A stretch of DNA of 64,000 nt. Source: a virus. The notes under the pieces were generated by a model. That model was not told where the DNA came from. It searched no databases and saw only the letters and a list, made by a program, of their open reading frames with translations. A program made the position numbers and the translations under genes. The stretch is taken from the IMG/VR virus record IMGVR_UViG_3300045016_000140, positions 1-64,000 of that record. One strand, 5' to 3'. This document shows, piece after piece, positions 28,394 through 38,910 of the stretch. Position 1 is the first letter of the stretch. Every line of letters starts with the position of its first letter.

Positions 28394-29173
28394 ATGGCTT
28401 ACAGTAGAATAAGTGCGCGTCGAGGCTCAGTGGTTGATCTCGATATGACGTTTTACAGGGGCGGTGTGGCCGCCGATCCTGTTTTATATAGAGTAGAGAT
28501 ATTTCGTGGCTCTGTCGAGGCTGCGAACATTGTGGCTGCCTTTCCGATAGCTGAATATGGCACGTCATCGTATCCAGCGCCAGTCACGCAGTTGCACTCT
28601 GGCTCTGGCCATTGGACGGGGCATTATAGATTATCTTGGACTGTCCCAGACACCATTGTCGTGCCAGATATTTATTTTGACGTATGGTATTTCTTTAGCA
28701 CAGACCCGCGCGTTGGGACCGAGGGCTTTGAACCATATCTTAGCCAGCTGCTAGAGTCTATACAGAGATTCTGGATATATCCAGATCAATGGTATGCTGA
28801 TGGTGGGCTTGATACGATTAAATTTGGATTTGAGCCCATGGACGTTAAGTTTAGGAAGCCGGAGGTTAGACCGCTTGAAGTTGGTTTGATGCCATTGCCG
28901 CTATATGATTATAATTATAATCTGGTAGCTCCAATAATTCCTTATCTTACAGCCACTATCACCATTACGACTGAGGCTAAGGAGACTATTGTAGATGCCG
29001 CTGCGTGTACGATTAAGCTTCGCCAAGGTGCGTATAGGGCTAATCCATATGTGATAAGTTACAATCTTACAACTAGCAATTTTTATATTGGAACATATGA
29101 GTATAGAATTACTCTGAATATGCCGGATGGCACTACCAGAGTGAGCCCAACATATTATTTGACGATATCGTGA
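28394..29173 (+). CDS. Hypothetical, probably structural (beta-rich) protein
   Basis: 259 aa within the tail region; CAAAAATA 12 nt upstream. Confidence 0.65.
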   Translation: MAYSRISARRGSVVDLDMTFYRGGVAADPVLYRVEIFRGSVEAANIVAAFPIAEYGTSSYPAPVTQLHSGSGHWTGHYRLSWTVPDTIVVPDIYFDVWYFFSTDPRVGTEGFEPYLSQLLESIQRFWIYPDQWYADGGLDTIKFGFEPMDVKFRKPEVRPLEVGLMPLPLYDYNYNLVAPIIPYLTATITITTEAKETIVDAAACTIKLRQGAYRANPYVISYNLTTSNFYIGTYEYRITLNMPDGTTRVSPTYYLTIS

Positions 29174-29199
29174 TTTCTTGACAAGTATTGTAATTTCAG

Positions 29200-30198
29200 A
29201 TGAAGCAGGTACCTCGCGAAAATATTATACAATGGATTGTCACCAATTTCCCAGATCACAAGATCAGGAAGAATGGTGAAGAGTATCGCATAAACAATCC
29301 ATTTGATGGTGATACTGGATATCATCTAGAGATAAGCGTTGATAAGGCTGTCTGCCATGATTGGCGCGGAGATGAATGGGCGCATGGCGGCAAGCCAACA
29401 TTTATTAGATTAGTTCAACTATATAAGAAATGCTCATATGCTCAGGCAATGGAGGAAGTTGTTGGTCATGTAAATTATATTAGTGAATATAAGCGCGGCA
29501 TGCTAGAAGATAAGGTAGAGCCTGAAAAATCTGGCATAGAGCTTCCAGAAAATTGTAAACCAATCATTGAATCTAATGGCCAGATTGTTAAATATATTGT
29601 CGGGTGGTTAAAATCGAGAGGTGTCGATGTTGACATGATTAAGAAATATGATATTAGGCATGCTGGGTATGATGTAATTTGGCCATATTATGAGTATGAT
29701 ATGCTGGTGTACTGGCAGGCTAGGCATAGCATTAATAAGATGTTCAGGTTTCCACCAGAGTCCACCGGAGTATCGAAAGGTATGTTTATATATGGTTTTG
29801 ATTATGTTGAGCCAAGTGATTATATAATTATTACTGAGGCAATATTTGGTGCACATACTCTGGGAGGGCAGGCCGTGGCCACTGGCGGGGCTGATATGAC
29901 TACTCGTCAGGTCTTGAAGATTAGAGCTTTAAACCCCGTCAATGGCATTATATTAGCTCCAGATAGCGATGAGGCTGGTTTGAAGAGCATTATTAGGAAT
30001 TTTGGGCTTTTGAGCCCATATTTTCAGAAGATTCATTTTGCTCTACCGCCACCTATTGAGTTTAATGATGCGTATGTGAAGGATTGGAATGAGCTTGGTC
30101 AAGCTATAGGGTTTAATAATGTGCGGAAGAGATTTGAGGATTGTATTAAACCTATTACGATGAAAGCCTTAGATGGTTTTGCCATGGGTATCTTCTAG
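29200..30198 (+). CDS. DnaG-type DNA primase (TOPRIM)
   Basis: WLKSRG, YWQAR, IITEAIF, ILAPDSDEAG, KDWNE. Confidence 0.85.
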   Translation: MKQVPRENIIQWIVTNFPDHKIRKNGEEYRINNPFDGDTGYHLEISVDKAVCHDWRGDEWAHGGKPTFIRLVQLYKKCSYAQAMEEVVGHVNYISEYKRGMLEDKVEPEKSGIELPENCKPIIESNGQIVKYIVGWLKSRGVDVDMIKKYDIRHAGYDVIWPYYEYDMLVYWQARHSINKMFRFPPESTGVSKGMFIYGFDYVEPSDYIIITEAIFGAHTLGGQAVATGGADMTTRQVLKIRALNPVNGIILAPDSDEAGLKSIIRNFGLLSPYFQKIHFALPPPIEFNDAYVKDWNELGQAIGFNNVRKRFEDCIKPITMKALDGFAMGIF

Positions 30199-30489
30199 CG
30201 GTATGTCGTATGTGCTTATTATCTTTACTCTGTCTAGCCTGAGTGATTTGTAGCCTTTCATTGCTCCTGGGCAGTTATTTCGTATCCATTGTGTTTTGCC
30301 CGACAATGGTAGTTTCTCTAGTTCCCTACTGCCTAGTTTGATGATTTTGCTGTCGCTTGGGGCTATGTCTTTTAGGTGTAGGCAGCATAGTAGGTTTTCA
30401 CGTTCTGCCAATGGATATATTAGCATGTGTTCTATTCGGTGGCCTGTTGTGTATGCGCACCAGAGTAGTTTGTGCATGTGCTGCCCCAT
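30169..30489 (-). CDS. Hypothetical protein
   Basis: 106 aa; CAAACATA motif upstream on the minus strand. Confidence 0.55.
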   Translation of the reverse strand: MGQHMHKLLWCAYTTGHRIEHMLIYPLAERENLLCCLHLKDIAPSDSKIIKLGSRELEKLPLSGKTQWIRNNCPGAMKGYKSLRLDRVKIISTYDIPLEDTHGKTI

Positions 30490-30503
30490 GAATTATTATA
30501 TTA

Positions 30504-30560
30504 TGTTTGAGGGTGTTTGAGGGTGTTTGAGGGTGTTTGAGGGTGTTTGAGGGTGTTTGG
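30504..30560. repeat. Intergenic 10-bp tandem repeat (tgtttgaggg, ~5.5 copies)
   Basis: Directly visible. Confidence 0.95.
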
Positions 30561-30619
30561 TAGCGTTTGTTTAAGGAGAATGCTGGAGTAATGTAAATAA
30601 AATATAGAGTGGGTGTTTT

Positions 30620-32113
30620 ATGGCTGTTTTAGATAGTACGGTATGGGACATTGATTTATATATTGGCAATTCGGCTATCAATTTTGGCAATAGTTCATCG
30701 AACAGCGGCAATCCAGATAATGTCGAGAAATTTGAATGGGCGAGCTATTTAAATTCTGGGTATACAATTAGGGCAACTGTGCTATCTCCCAATTGGCAGA
30801 CTTTTGCCACTTTAATGGATGATTTTTACAAGTCAGTTAGGCAGACTGAGAGCCCTGTGGTTGTTAGGTTTAGAATCGGCTGGCGCAGTAGTGGGTCTGA
30901 TTTTGACTTAAAACACACCCCATGGCGCACTGCTATATTGACAGACATTAATAGCTATGGTAGTGCTCATTATGGTGCACCATTTGAATTTGTAGCAATT
31001 GATCCAATATCGTACTTCATTAATCGTGGCATGAAGGATGCTGGGAAAGTTTATAGGGGCAAAATTGGTGGTGACGATGGCGTGATACGCAAGGTATTGG
31101 ATGAATATATACCATCGCACTTAAATATCGTCACTGATGAGTCTGTGAAGCGTAGCGATATTGCCAATGGGCGTTCTATACAAATCAATAAAACAGTTGG
31201 CGACACCAATGATCCACCATCCGTTTATGGCATGATGCATCAGAATGCTAAGTCTTTTATAATGTCGCTTCTTGAATGGTCGGCGTCATTCACTCCGAAT
31301 CAAACGTCATGGATTGTGTCATGTGGTGAAGACAATGATGGATTAAATATTTCGATCACTGAAAGCTATACCCCTGTCGACAAGTTACTAAGGCGTAAAT
31401 CTGGACCTAATATCAAGCCTTCTGTGCCCATTTTTCAATTTGGTGGGGCTGTCAATAAAACCGCTTCTAATGTACGTAAGTGGAAGTTTGAAGGCAATGC
31501 GATGACCGCTACTCTGTATACAGTTTTGACCACCAGCGGGATATCGTCAGTGTCTGGGCAATATTATGATGATGATACGTTAAGCGTACGCAATTATAAT
31601 CCACAGACTGGCGAGGAATTTTACTCTGGGGATGTAATTGTTAATGACCGTATGACGCCAAATAAGATTAATCCGAGCACTGACATTAAGAGAGCGTTTG
31701 ATCGCCCATTATATGAGGATTATGGTTGGACGCATATTCCATCGTTAGTCGAACCTAGCGCTGGCGATCTTGGACCATATAAGAATTATATTTCTGGTAA
31801 GGCCAGACAAATATATTTTAACATGCTGCGGTTTATTAGCCGGATGGATATTCAGGCGCAAGGCGAACCGACCTTGTATGATTCTTATGATCTTGGTAGG
31901 ATGTTTATTACATTGCAATTTCCGGCGGATCAGCCAGCGAGTGATTGGCGGTCTCCGTTTGACGGCAATTGGATTCTAGATGGCTGGCATCACAGACTTG
32001 GGCCTCATGGTTGGACGACAGATGTTAGTATGTATAGAATTGATTGGAATGCGTTCGCCTATCCTGGATATGATGGGTATGGTAATATTACTAGGCAACT
32101 AGAGCTGATGTAA
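30620..32113 (+). CDS. Putative baseplate hub protein (gp27/GpD-like)
   Basis: Position before the tape measure gene; V.FRIGW and GEPTL...FDGNWIL.GWHH.L...GWTT C-terminus. Confidence 0.55.
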   Translation: MAVLDSTVWDIDLYIGNSAINFGNSSSNSGNPDNVEKFEWASYLNSGYTIRATVLSPNWQTFATLMDDFYKSVRQTESPVVVRFRIGWRSSGSDFDLKHTPWRTAILTDINSYGSAHYGAPFEFVAIDPISYFINRGMKDAGKVYRGKIGGDDGVIRKVLDEYIPSHLNIVTDESVKRSDIANGRSIQINKTVGDTNDPPSVYGMMHQNAKSFIMSLLEWSASFTPNQTSWIVSCGEDNDGLNISITESYTPVDKLLRRKSGPNIKPSVPIFQFGGAVNKTASNVRKWKFEGNAMTATLYTVLTTSGISSVSGQYYDDDTLSVRNYNPQTGEEFYSGDVIVNDRMTPNKINPSTDIKRAFDRPLYEDYGWTHIPSLVEPSAGDLGPYKNYISGKARQIYFNMLRFISRMDIQAQGEPTLYDSYDLGRMFITLQFPADQPASDWRSPFDGNWILDGWHHRLGPHGWTTDVSMYRIDWNAFAYPGYDGYGNITRQLELM

Positions 32114-32123
32114 GGTAAGCAAA

Positions 32124-34778
32124 ATGGCCGAAACGCCAGCATATGACATAAATAAAGATGCATTGTCTGATGCCATACAGATGACAGCGCAATTACATAC
32201 TGGCTATTCACAAATAGTTGGATCTCTAGGGCAAGCTTATGAAATTCAAGATCAACTATTAAACAGCGCCGTGAACCTTAAGAGTCAAGTCCAAGACCTT
32301 TATAATACTGTAGACGTGGTACGCAGATCATGGGGTGATTTTCAGACCGATTTCGCGCGAATTAATTATGATGCGACAAAGTTGAATAAAGATCAAATTA
32401 TAGCCAATCAGAAACAGATAGAACAATTAAATCAAATGCTTAATGATGCCGAATTGAAAGAGCATTTGCATTATAAAGAAGTCGATGCTTTAAGGACGCA
32501 ACTTGTAGAACGCATGAAGATTAACAAAGCGGCTGTTGAAGCCAATTCGCTGATGAGCCGATTTGGCGTCATTATGAAGAACATCGGGCTTGAAAAAGTG
32601 CATGATAGCATTAAAGGATTTACCACATTAAAGGGAGTGATGGCGTATCTGGTTCTGCAAATAAAAGGTTTAATTGATATGGCCGATAGATATAGATATA
32701 TTAACAATCAGATGTATGGCAATACTGTTGCCATGGCCAGGACAGTCGCCAGGGTGCAGATGCAAGCTGGCGTGCTCGCCGATGAGGCACGGGCGGCGTA
32801 TGAGGCCTTGCGTGATGTTGCCATAGATCCAACAATTATTGAGGCATCTGCCAGGGCATTGGCTGAATTCGCGGCCGAGACGGGTATAGCTGCTGAGGTT
32901 GGCGCATTATTTGCCAAGAGAGTTGAAGCGATGGGAATGTCGTCCCAGGTCGCTCAGATGCAATTTAATTATATTAGGGCTTCGATGCAGAAGTTTGGTT
33001 TGACAGCCCATGATTCTGCGGCCATAATGGGATACATGAACAAGAACATCTTCTTATTAACCAATATAATGGGTAAAGCTGGCGTCGCTAAGTTTGGCAA
33101 AGAATTCGCGTTGTTGTCTGGTTTTGTTAAGGTGACCGGTGGCGATATAGCTGAATTTGTCAGTCTAATGGAGGAAATGACTGAGAATGCCGAGAAGTTT
33201 ATAGTTGGCATTGGCAGTGCGTTCATGCTTGGAGACCCAGCCGAGAGAATGGCTGTGCTGATGGATAGGTCCGGGGCCATGGTGGACCAGTTAGCGGGGA
33301 TACCAGCCGTTTTTAGGCCCGGAATATTTAGGGATATGTTTGGCGTCAGTATTAATCAGGCTGAGCAGTTTAAAAAAGTGGCCGAGTTTGTACGCACGAA
33401 ATATGGCAAGAGTGTTCAAGAAGTAATGAGGGATTTGCGAGTTGGCGGTAAAAGCGCCGCCGAGGCGATGGCACAATTAAATAAGGAATTTCAGATTGCG
33501 GAATTGGTCACAAGACGCACTGCCTCTGGTGGTTATGATTATAAAGTTGCGCTTGATACGATAAACATGGCTGCTCGCGAATTGGTTGGTAGAGTGATAG
33601 AGCCGCTTGTGAGGCTATTAGATAAACTAGCACAGATGTGGCTGATGCTTAATGAACCTACGAAAAAAGCCATTGGCGTCATTGGTCTTGCGGTTGTTGC
33701 GTTTATAACATTAACGTTCATTGTGATTAGGGTAATGAGAACGATTGCGTTGTTTCAATCGGTTTTTGGCATAGCCTCAAGAGCAATGGCTGCTGACGCC
33801 GCTGTTACTAGCGCTGGCGTTGCCACCGGTGCTCAGACAATGGGTAGGGCTATATCGTGGGATATAATTGCGAAGATAGCCGCCTTGGCAGTGGTTGTTA
33901 TGGCCATTGCAACTGCCATATGGATGCTGGCTAAGGTTCCAAGAGATGCATTAATTGACATTGGTTTATCGATTGGAATTGTAGCAATTGGATTGGCTGT
34001 GATTGGGTCGGCAGCGACGGGGGCCGCTGTGCCATTATTGGTGTTAGCGCTAGTGGTGGTTGCCATTGGTGCTGCCATATGGTTGGCGGCCACTGGCATT
34101 TCTAGTATGGCTATGTCGTTGGCTGAATTGAATGGCGTTGATGTATGGGGTTTGGGTTTTGCGCTTGGTGCGCTCGCTGCCGCTATGGTTGGACTGGCGA
34201 CGGTTACTCCATTCTTATGGATCAGTTCATGGTATATGGGCGGGGTCGCGCGGTCAATCAAGACGATGTTAATGGCGGCGCAAAGCAACGCCGCAGGAAT
34301 AAATGTGCTGAAGACTTTCGCCGAATCTATTACAATGATTATGAAAGGCGAGAACTTCCTATATACAAATAGGTTGAAAGAATTAGCCGTCGCCTTATCT
34401 GATTCATTTGGGATGCTTAGTAATAATCTCAAGACATACGCTTTTGACATTGAAAATGTAGCGTCTAGAATAAACAGAGCAATAAGTAGTGCGACTGAAA
34501 AGCTTAAAGAATTTAATGCGAATCAGCCGAAAGCAGTAGCTTCCGAAATAAAGGTTGGCTTTGATGTTAGTACATTGGATGTTCAGAAAGGGCAGATACA
34601 TAGTATGGATAATTTAAGTAATGCCATCAATAAATTATTAGACAAGATTAATAGTATTGATATAGCCGGTAGCAAAAATACGGTTGGCAGCATTCTCGGT
34701 GAATTGAAGAAATATTTACCGACCATGGCCGAACAGAAGGATACTCCCCTTGGGAAGCCACAGGGTAATTGGGCTTAA
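32124..34778 (+). CDS. Tape measure protein
   Basis: 884-aa Ala-rich helical protein with hydrophobic segments, in the tail cluster. Confidence 0.8.
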   Translation: MAETPAYDINKDALSDAIQMTAQLHTGYSQIVGSLGQAYEIQDQLLNSAVNLKSQVQDLYNTVDVVRRSWGDFQTDFARINYDATKLNKDQIIANQKQIEQLNQMLNDAELKEHLHYKEVDALRTQLVERMKINKAAVEANSLMSRFGVIMKNIGLEKVHDSIKGFTTLKGVMAYLVLQIKGLIDMADRYRYINNQMYGNTVAMARTVARVQMQAGVLADEARAAYEALRDVAIDPTIIEASARALAEFAAETGIAAEVGALFAKRVEAMGMSSQVAQMQFNYIRASMQKFGLTAHDSAAIMGYMNKNIFLLTNIMGKAGVAKFGKEFALLSGFVKVTGGDIAEFVSLMEEMTENAEKFIVGIGSAFMLGDPAERMAVLMDRSGAMVDQLAGIPAVFRPGIFRDMFGVSINQAEQFKKVAEFVRTKYGKSVQEVMRDLRVGGKSAAEAMAQLNKEFQIAELVTRRTASGGYDYKVALDTINMAARELVGRVIEPLVRLLDKLAQMWLMLNEPTKKAIGVIGLAVVAFITLTFIVIRVMRTIALFQSVFGIASRAMAADAAVTSAGVATGAQTMGRAISWDIIAKIAALAVVVMAIATAIWMLAKVPRDALIDIGLSIGIVAIGLAVIGSAATGAAVPLLVLALVVVAIGAAIWLAATGISSMAMSLAELNGVDVWGLGFALGALAAAMVGLATVTPFLWISSWYMGGVARSIKTMLMAAQSNAAGINVLKTFAESITMIMKGENFLYTNRLKELAVALSDSFGMLSNNLKTYAFDIENVASRINRAISSATEKLKEFNANQPKAVASEIKVGFDVSTLDVQKGQIHSMDNLSNAINKLLDKINSIDIAGSKNTVGSILGELKKYLPTMAEQKDTPLGKPQGNWA

Positions 34779-34790
34779 TAGGAGTATGTT

Positions 34791-35744
34791 ATGCCGTTAA
34801 CTGAAGTTGATCAGCGAATGTTACAAAGAGCAAGATTAACGCTTGATATGAACATCGCGAACATTACATCAAAAATTGTGAAAAGAAATGATCCAGTCGT
34901 CAAAGCTCCGACTACGGCCCCGGCCCCGGCTCAAACTCAACCCAGCTCATTTTGGAGAGCATTGACTGCAATCCCCGATATAGGTACAGTCTCTGCGATC
35001 ACTGCGGCTGGTGTGGTCATTAAAAAATTGACAAATCCGACAGACGCCAAAAAAGAAACTGCCGACATTACTGAATATGAACACAGCACCACCAGCAAGA
35101 CAGTGCGCATACCGTTTCAATATCCAGTGATTATTGTTAGTGACAATAAAGAAGGTGACTGGAAAGAATTTCAAACTCGTCAAGCGGAACCAATCGCGAT
35201 ATATATGGGTGGTAAAGCGAGAACCATAGAATTAAAATGGTCATATATAATTAATAATGAAACGTGGCCAGATAATTTTGTGAATGTGCAGACTTGGGAT
35301 GCTAGAACAATATCGACGATTGTGAAATTGCTTAGAGGACAATTTTATACTTCTGCTCTAAGTGGATTAATCGTACGATTTTGGGCTTATGACATAATTG
35401 GACCAAATACAGGTATGTCGTATACATTTAGAATGGATTCTTTAAAGATAAGTCATAGCGACACCATGGTGTGTTCAGATATGAGCATAGAAGATCAAAA
35501 AATACAAATTATGGTAGCGGGATCGCCAGGCGAAGCACAAGTGCCAATTAAGACTTTTTATACATACCCATTGAGAACAGATATAGCGGCTACGCTTAAA
35601 TTTTATGTTAATTCAATGCCCAAGGATGAAAATGTGTTTGGTGAAAGCTACAAACCTGGTGCCGGTGAGAAACTTAGTAGTGAATCTGCCATAAAAGTTA
35701 TCGAGCTCGGCATGCCGGTTCCCAATGAAATAGAGTGGTTTTAA
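34791..35744 (+). CDS. Putative tube-initiator / baseplate protein
   Basis: Between tape measure and gp53; FQYP...W...RQAEPIAIY.GG.ARTI motif. Confidence 0.55.
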   Translation: MPLTEVDQRMLQRARLTLDMNIANITSKIVKRNDPVVKAPTTAPAPAQTQPSSFWRALTAIPDIGTVSAITAAGVVIKKLTNPTDAKKETADITEYEHSTTSKTVRIPFQYPVIIVSDNKEGDWKEFQTRQAEPIAIYMGGKARTIELKWSYIINNETWPDNFVNVQTWDARTISTIVKLLRGQFYTSALSGLIVRFWAYDIIGPNTGMSYTFRMDSLKISHSDTMVCSDMSIEDQKIQIMVAGSPGEAQVPIKTFYTYPLRTDIAATLKFYVNSMPKDENVFGESYKPGAGEKLSSESAIKVIELGMPVPNEIEWF

Positions 35745-36037
35745 TGGCAATAGATGTAACATCGCGATTTAAATACACGCCCTATATAAAATTTGGCGGC
35801 CAGACCACATATGGACTTTGGGTAAAACCACGATTCATGACCGCCGCAAGATATACAACATATAAAGTATATAGTGGAATGGGTGGAAGATTAGATTTAA
35901 TATCAGACGATGTATATGACACCCCAGATTTATATTGGGTAATAGCGATGTTCAATAATGTACGAACGCTCAATTGGCCGCCGGTTGGCGTAACTATAAA
36001 GATACCACTAAAGGAGGATATACTTTACGAGTTCTGA
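35744..36037 (+). CDS. Baseplate wedge protein (gp53/LysM-like)
   Basis: GRLDLISDDVYDTPDLYWVIAMFNN...G..IKIP. Confidence 0.85.
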   Translation: MAIDVTSRFKYTPYIKFGGQTTYGLWVKPRFMTAARYTTYKVYSGMGGRLDLISDDVYDTPDLYWVIAMFNNVRTLNWPPVGVTIKIPLKEDILYEF

Positions 36038-38252
36038 CCCAGCCCTCAACAATATCTGGAATTCATTCGTAGAGAACCGAAACCAAAGGATAACCAATCG
36101 GTTCCCGGGTATGTATCGCGCAATTGTGGTGGAGACTAATGATCCACTACAAATGCACCGTGTGCGGTTCAAATGTCCAGAACTGCATGATTATAATACT
36201 AAAACGGAAGATTGTCCATGGGCCGTTCCCGCCAATGATCTTGGCACCAAAAGATGTGGAAGATGGTCATACCCATGCATAGGCGACTGGGTGTGGATAC
36301 AATTTGAGAAAAATCATCCATATGGTCCGGTTTGGACTGGATTTGCTGACCCAACAAGGCGTAAATTCTATACACTGCCATCCATAAGCGGCCCGACGCC
36401 ACGACCAGTGGATGCGCAAGGTACGCCATTGGATGAATCACCGGATGATTATGATGTAGACTATCTTCCGGCCGACGGGCGGCCGATGTCTCACGGTTGG
36501 CAGGATAGATATGGCAATCTTGATATGCATAATTCAGTTGGGTTCTTCCCGATTGAGCATGCGGCTTCACCGCCAAGGAATCTAGATACTGACAATATAG
36601 GCGGTAACTCTAACGCTAGATTTGTGCAGCAAGAGAATGCTCCAGTTGCAAATAACCCGGATTCTAAATATATGTTGAGGATGACCAAGTACGGCCATAT
36701 GGTATTGCAGTCCGACTCCGGGTATTTGTGGCAGAATGAATTCAAAGGTGATTTTGAGCAGGATGAAACGTTTGAGATAAATAGATGGAAATATTATCAA
36801 AGATTAATTCATGAGGATAAACCGTCTGGACATGATGAACGAAGATTGATGTTGTTAACTAGATATGGTCACAAATTTGAATTAAGGGATGTTGGGTGGA
36901 ATATATCTCGCAGTGGTGAATTTGGTCCCTCTGTCTCGCTGTCCAGCGGTGCCAAAGATCAACGGTGGATAAAGTTAAGGTCTAAGGGTGGGCATTTAAT
37001 TGAACTATGTGACATTGGATCTGATCCGATGAATGATGAATATGTTCAAAGAAGCCTAATGGATGAGTTAGATGGAACTAAGATATATATGCGATTATCA
37101 GATAGAGCAATATTGACGGAAGATGAGTATAATAATACTCCGGCCAATAATCGTGAGATGATTGTTGTTGGGGATAAAGAGGAAAAGTTTGAATCTGACG
37201 CCAGGTTTATTAGGATGGTGACCAGGTCGGGCATTAAAATGGCGATAGATGACAGAGGCAGCGACAGCACAAAAGCGCAAGATAAGAATTTGGAGAATGA
37301 TAAGATTGGCACTGGTGTGCTCATTAAAGGCAGGGCCACACCGGCTGGTAGAATACTTGATTCAGATGGCGTCCATACTGAGAATTCATATCCTAATAAA
37401 TCTGGCGATCCGGTTGGATATTATTGGCAAATAAATGAACATTCCGATTATAATTGCACTGATTGGGGAAGTCCGCTTGGGCAAGTTATTGAAATGAACG
37501 ACAATGATGAGGTACTAACAATTTGCACTGGGCTTGTTGATTTGCCATCTAAGTGGGAGGGTCTGGAAGATAATGAATTTTTGCTATATACTGCCAATGC
37601 AATGGAACCAATGGCCAATACCCATCATTTAGTGTTGAATCATCGCAATGAATTCATAAGATTAAAGTCTAGGGCTGGCCATGGCGCAGCTCCATATGCC
37701 ACCGATAAAACGCCAGTTGATGGTGAATTCCAGGGTTTGGAAATTCATGACAGTGCGGCGTCACCATGGGTTGAATTAGTTGATTATCAGCACCGTGGGC
37801 TATGGTTTAGCGGGCAATATGGCATCGGTGTGTTAAGGGCGAAGGCCGACAAGGATATAATTATATGGTATGATGATACCAATGACAAGATAGTGATTAG
37901 GAATAATACTGACAATGGACGCGTCCAGATATATTGTGCTGGGAATGTCGATATAGTTAGCGATAAGGATGTCAATATATCTGCGGCTAACGATGTGAAT
38001 ATCCAGGCTGGTGGTAGTGTTAGATTGAAGGCTAGCGCCTTGTCGGGTGATCCGGGTTTGGCTACGTTAAATGCGTTGTCTTTCGACACTAATCGTGATG
38101 TTATGGGTATGTCTATTCTTGGGTTTTTCCCGCAGATAAATAATGGTGATGGCGGTCCTCCTGGTTGGGCATGCGGTAATGGTGAGGATATGGAGAATGT
38201 GGATGTTGAATCAGTTCCAGACGTCGTTGAGCCTGATGATAGAGCTACATAA
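36027..38252 (+). CDS. Baseplate central spike (gp5/VgrG, OB-fold); probable ACG start at 36027, first ATG at 36111
   Basis: YRAIVVETNDP..RVRFKCPELH...CPWA.P...P.IGDWVWIQFE...P.W.G; repeated T..GH beta motifs; AAGGAGG SD 9 nt before the in-frame ACG. Confidence 0.85.
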   Translation, partial: TSSDPALNNIWNSFVENRNQRITNRFPGMYRAIVVETNDPLQMHRVRFKCPELHDYNTKTEDCPWAVPANDLGTKRCGRWSYPCIGDWVWIQFEKNHPYGPVWTGFADPTRRKFYTLPSISGPTPRPVDAQGTPLDESPDDYDVDYLPADGRPMSHGWQDRYGNLDMHNSVGFFPIEHAASPPRNLDTDNIGGNSNARFVQQENAPVANNPDSKYMLRMTKYGHMVLQSDSGYLWQNEFKGDFEQDETFEINRWKYYQRLIHEDKPSGHDERRLMLLTRYGHKFELRDVGWNISRSGEFGPSVSLSSGAKDQRWIKLRSKGGHLIELCDIGSDPMNDEYVQRSLMDELDGTKIYMRLSDRAILTEDEYNNTPANNREMIVVGDKEEKFESDARFIRMVTRSGIKMAIDDRGSDSTKAQDKNLENDKIGTGVLIKGRATPAGRILDSDGVHTENSYPNKSGDPVGYYWQINEHSDYNCTDWGSPLGQVIEMNDNDEVLTICTGLVDLPSKWEGLEDNEFLLYTANAMEPMANTHHLVLNHRNEFIRLKSRAGHGAAPYATDKTPVDGEFQGLEIHDSAASPWVELVDYQHRGLWFSGQYGIGVLRAKADKDIIIWYDDTNDKIVIRNNTDNGRVQIYCAGNVDIVSDKDVNISAANDVNIQAGGSVRLKASALSGDPGLATLNALSFDTNRDVMGMSILGFFPQINNGDGGPPGWACGNGEDMENVDVESVPDVVEPDDRAT

Positions 38253-38280
38253 TTAACCAAATATATTTAAGGATAGACCA

Positions 38281-38910
38281 ATGAGTGAGCCAGAAAACAT
38301 TTATGAAATAATGGCATTGGTGGAATCTGGCGATGCTTGGCAGAATCCATATGATGGCAAAGGCGCTGAAGCGTCTTCGTATTCAAATCAGATAGCATCT
38401 TATTTCAATAATCCACTTGTAATATTTCCAGCCAAGGATGCTTTGATAGCCGACGTTAGAGCGGCGGCAAGTACGGTCGCTAATGTAGAAAATGCGGTAG
38501 CTCAGCAGATTGATAATATAACTCCATTATTCGGGCAATTGGCTGCATATGAAACATATCAGCGGGCCTCTGAGGCGTGTGATATGGCTAATAAGGCATT
38601 TGGATTAGTGTTAAATTTATTGTCCGCTAGGGATGTTGATAGTGTGTTGCAAAATATGCAGGCCTTATTGCAATTGTTTAGGATAGATTCCTCGTTCATC
38701 ACCAAAGTGAACGAAATATGGTCTAAAATAAAAGCCGATACAGTAGAGTTAAATAACATCATCAATACTCAAGAGAATGCTTGGAATGAAATATATAGTT
38801 ATATAATGAATTATGCAGTTGCCAAGATGATATATGTGCAGAAGCATCCGTGCGTTAAGTTGGTCGAAAATATAATAGCGACCGATGACTTGAAGAGGTT
38901 GTTGCCGTGA
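38281..38910 (+). CDS. Hypothetical helical protein
   Basis: 209 aa; CAAATATA and AAGGA upstream. Confidence 0.65.
   Translation: MSEPENIYEIMALVESGDAWQNPYDGKGAEASSYSNQIASYFNNPLVIFPAKDALIADVRAAASTVANVENAVAQQIDNITPLFGQLAAYETYQRASEACDMANKAFGLVLNLLSARDVDSVLQNMQALLQLFRIDSSFITKVNEIWSKIKADTVELNNIINTQENAWNEIYSYIMNYAVAKMIYVQKHPCVKLVENIIATDDLKRLLP

Noticed and set aside
30504-30560. 10-bp repeats as CRISPR
   Set aside because: No spacers, unit too short, no cas genes.
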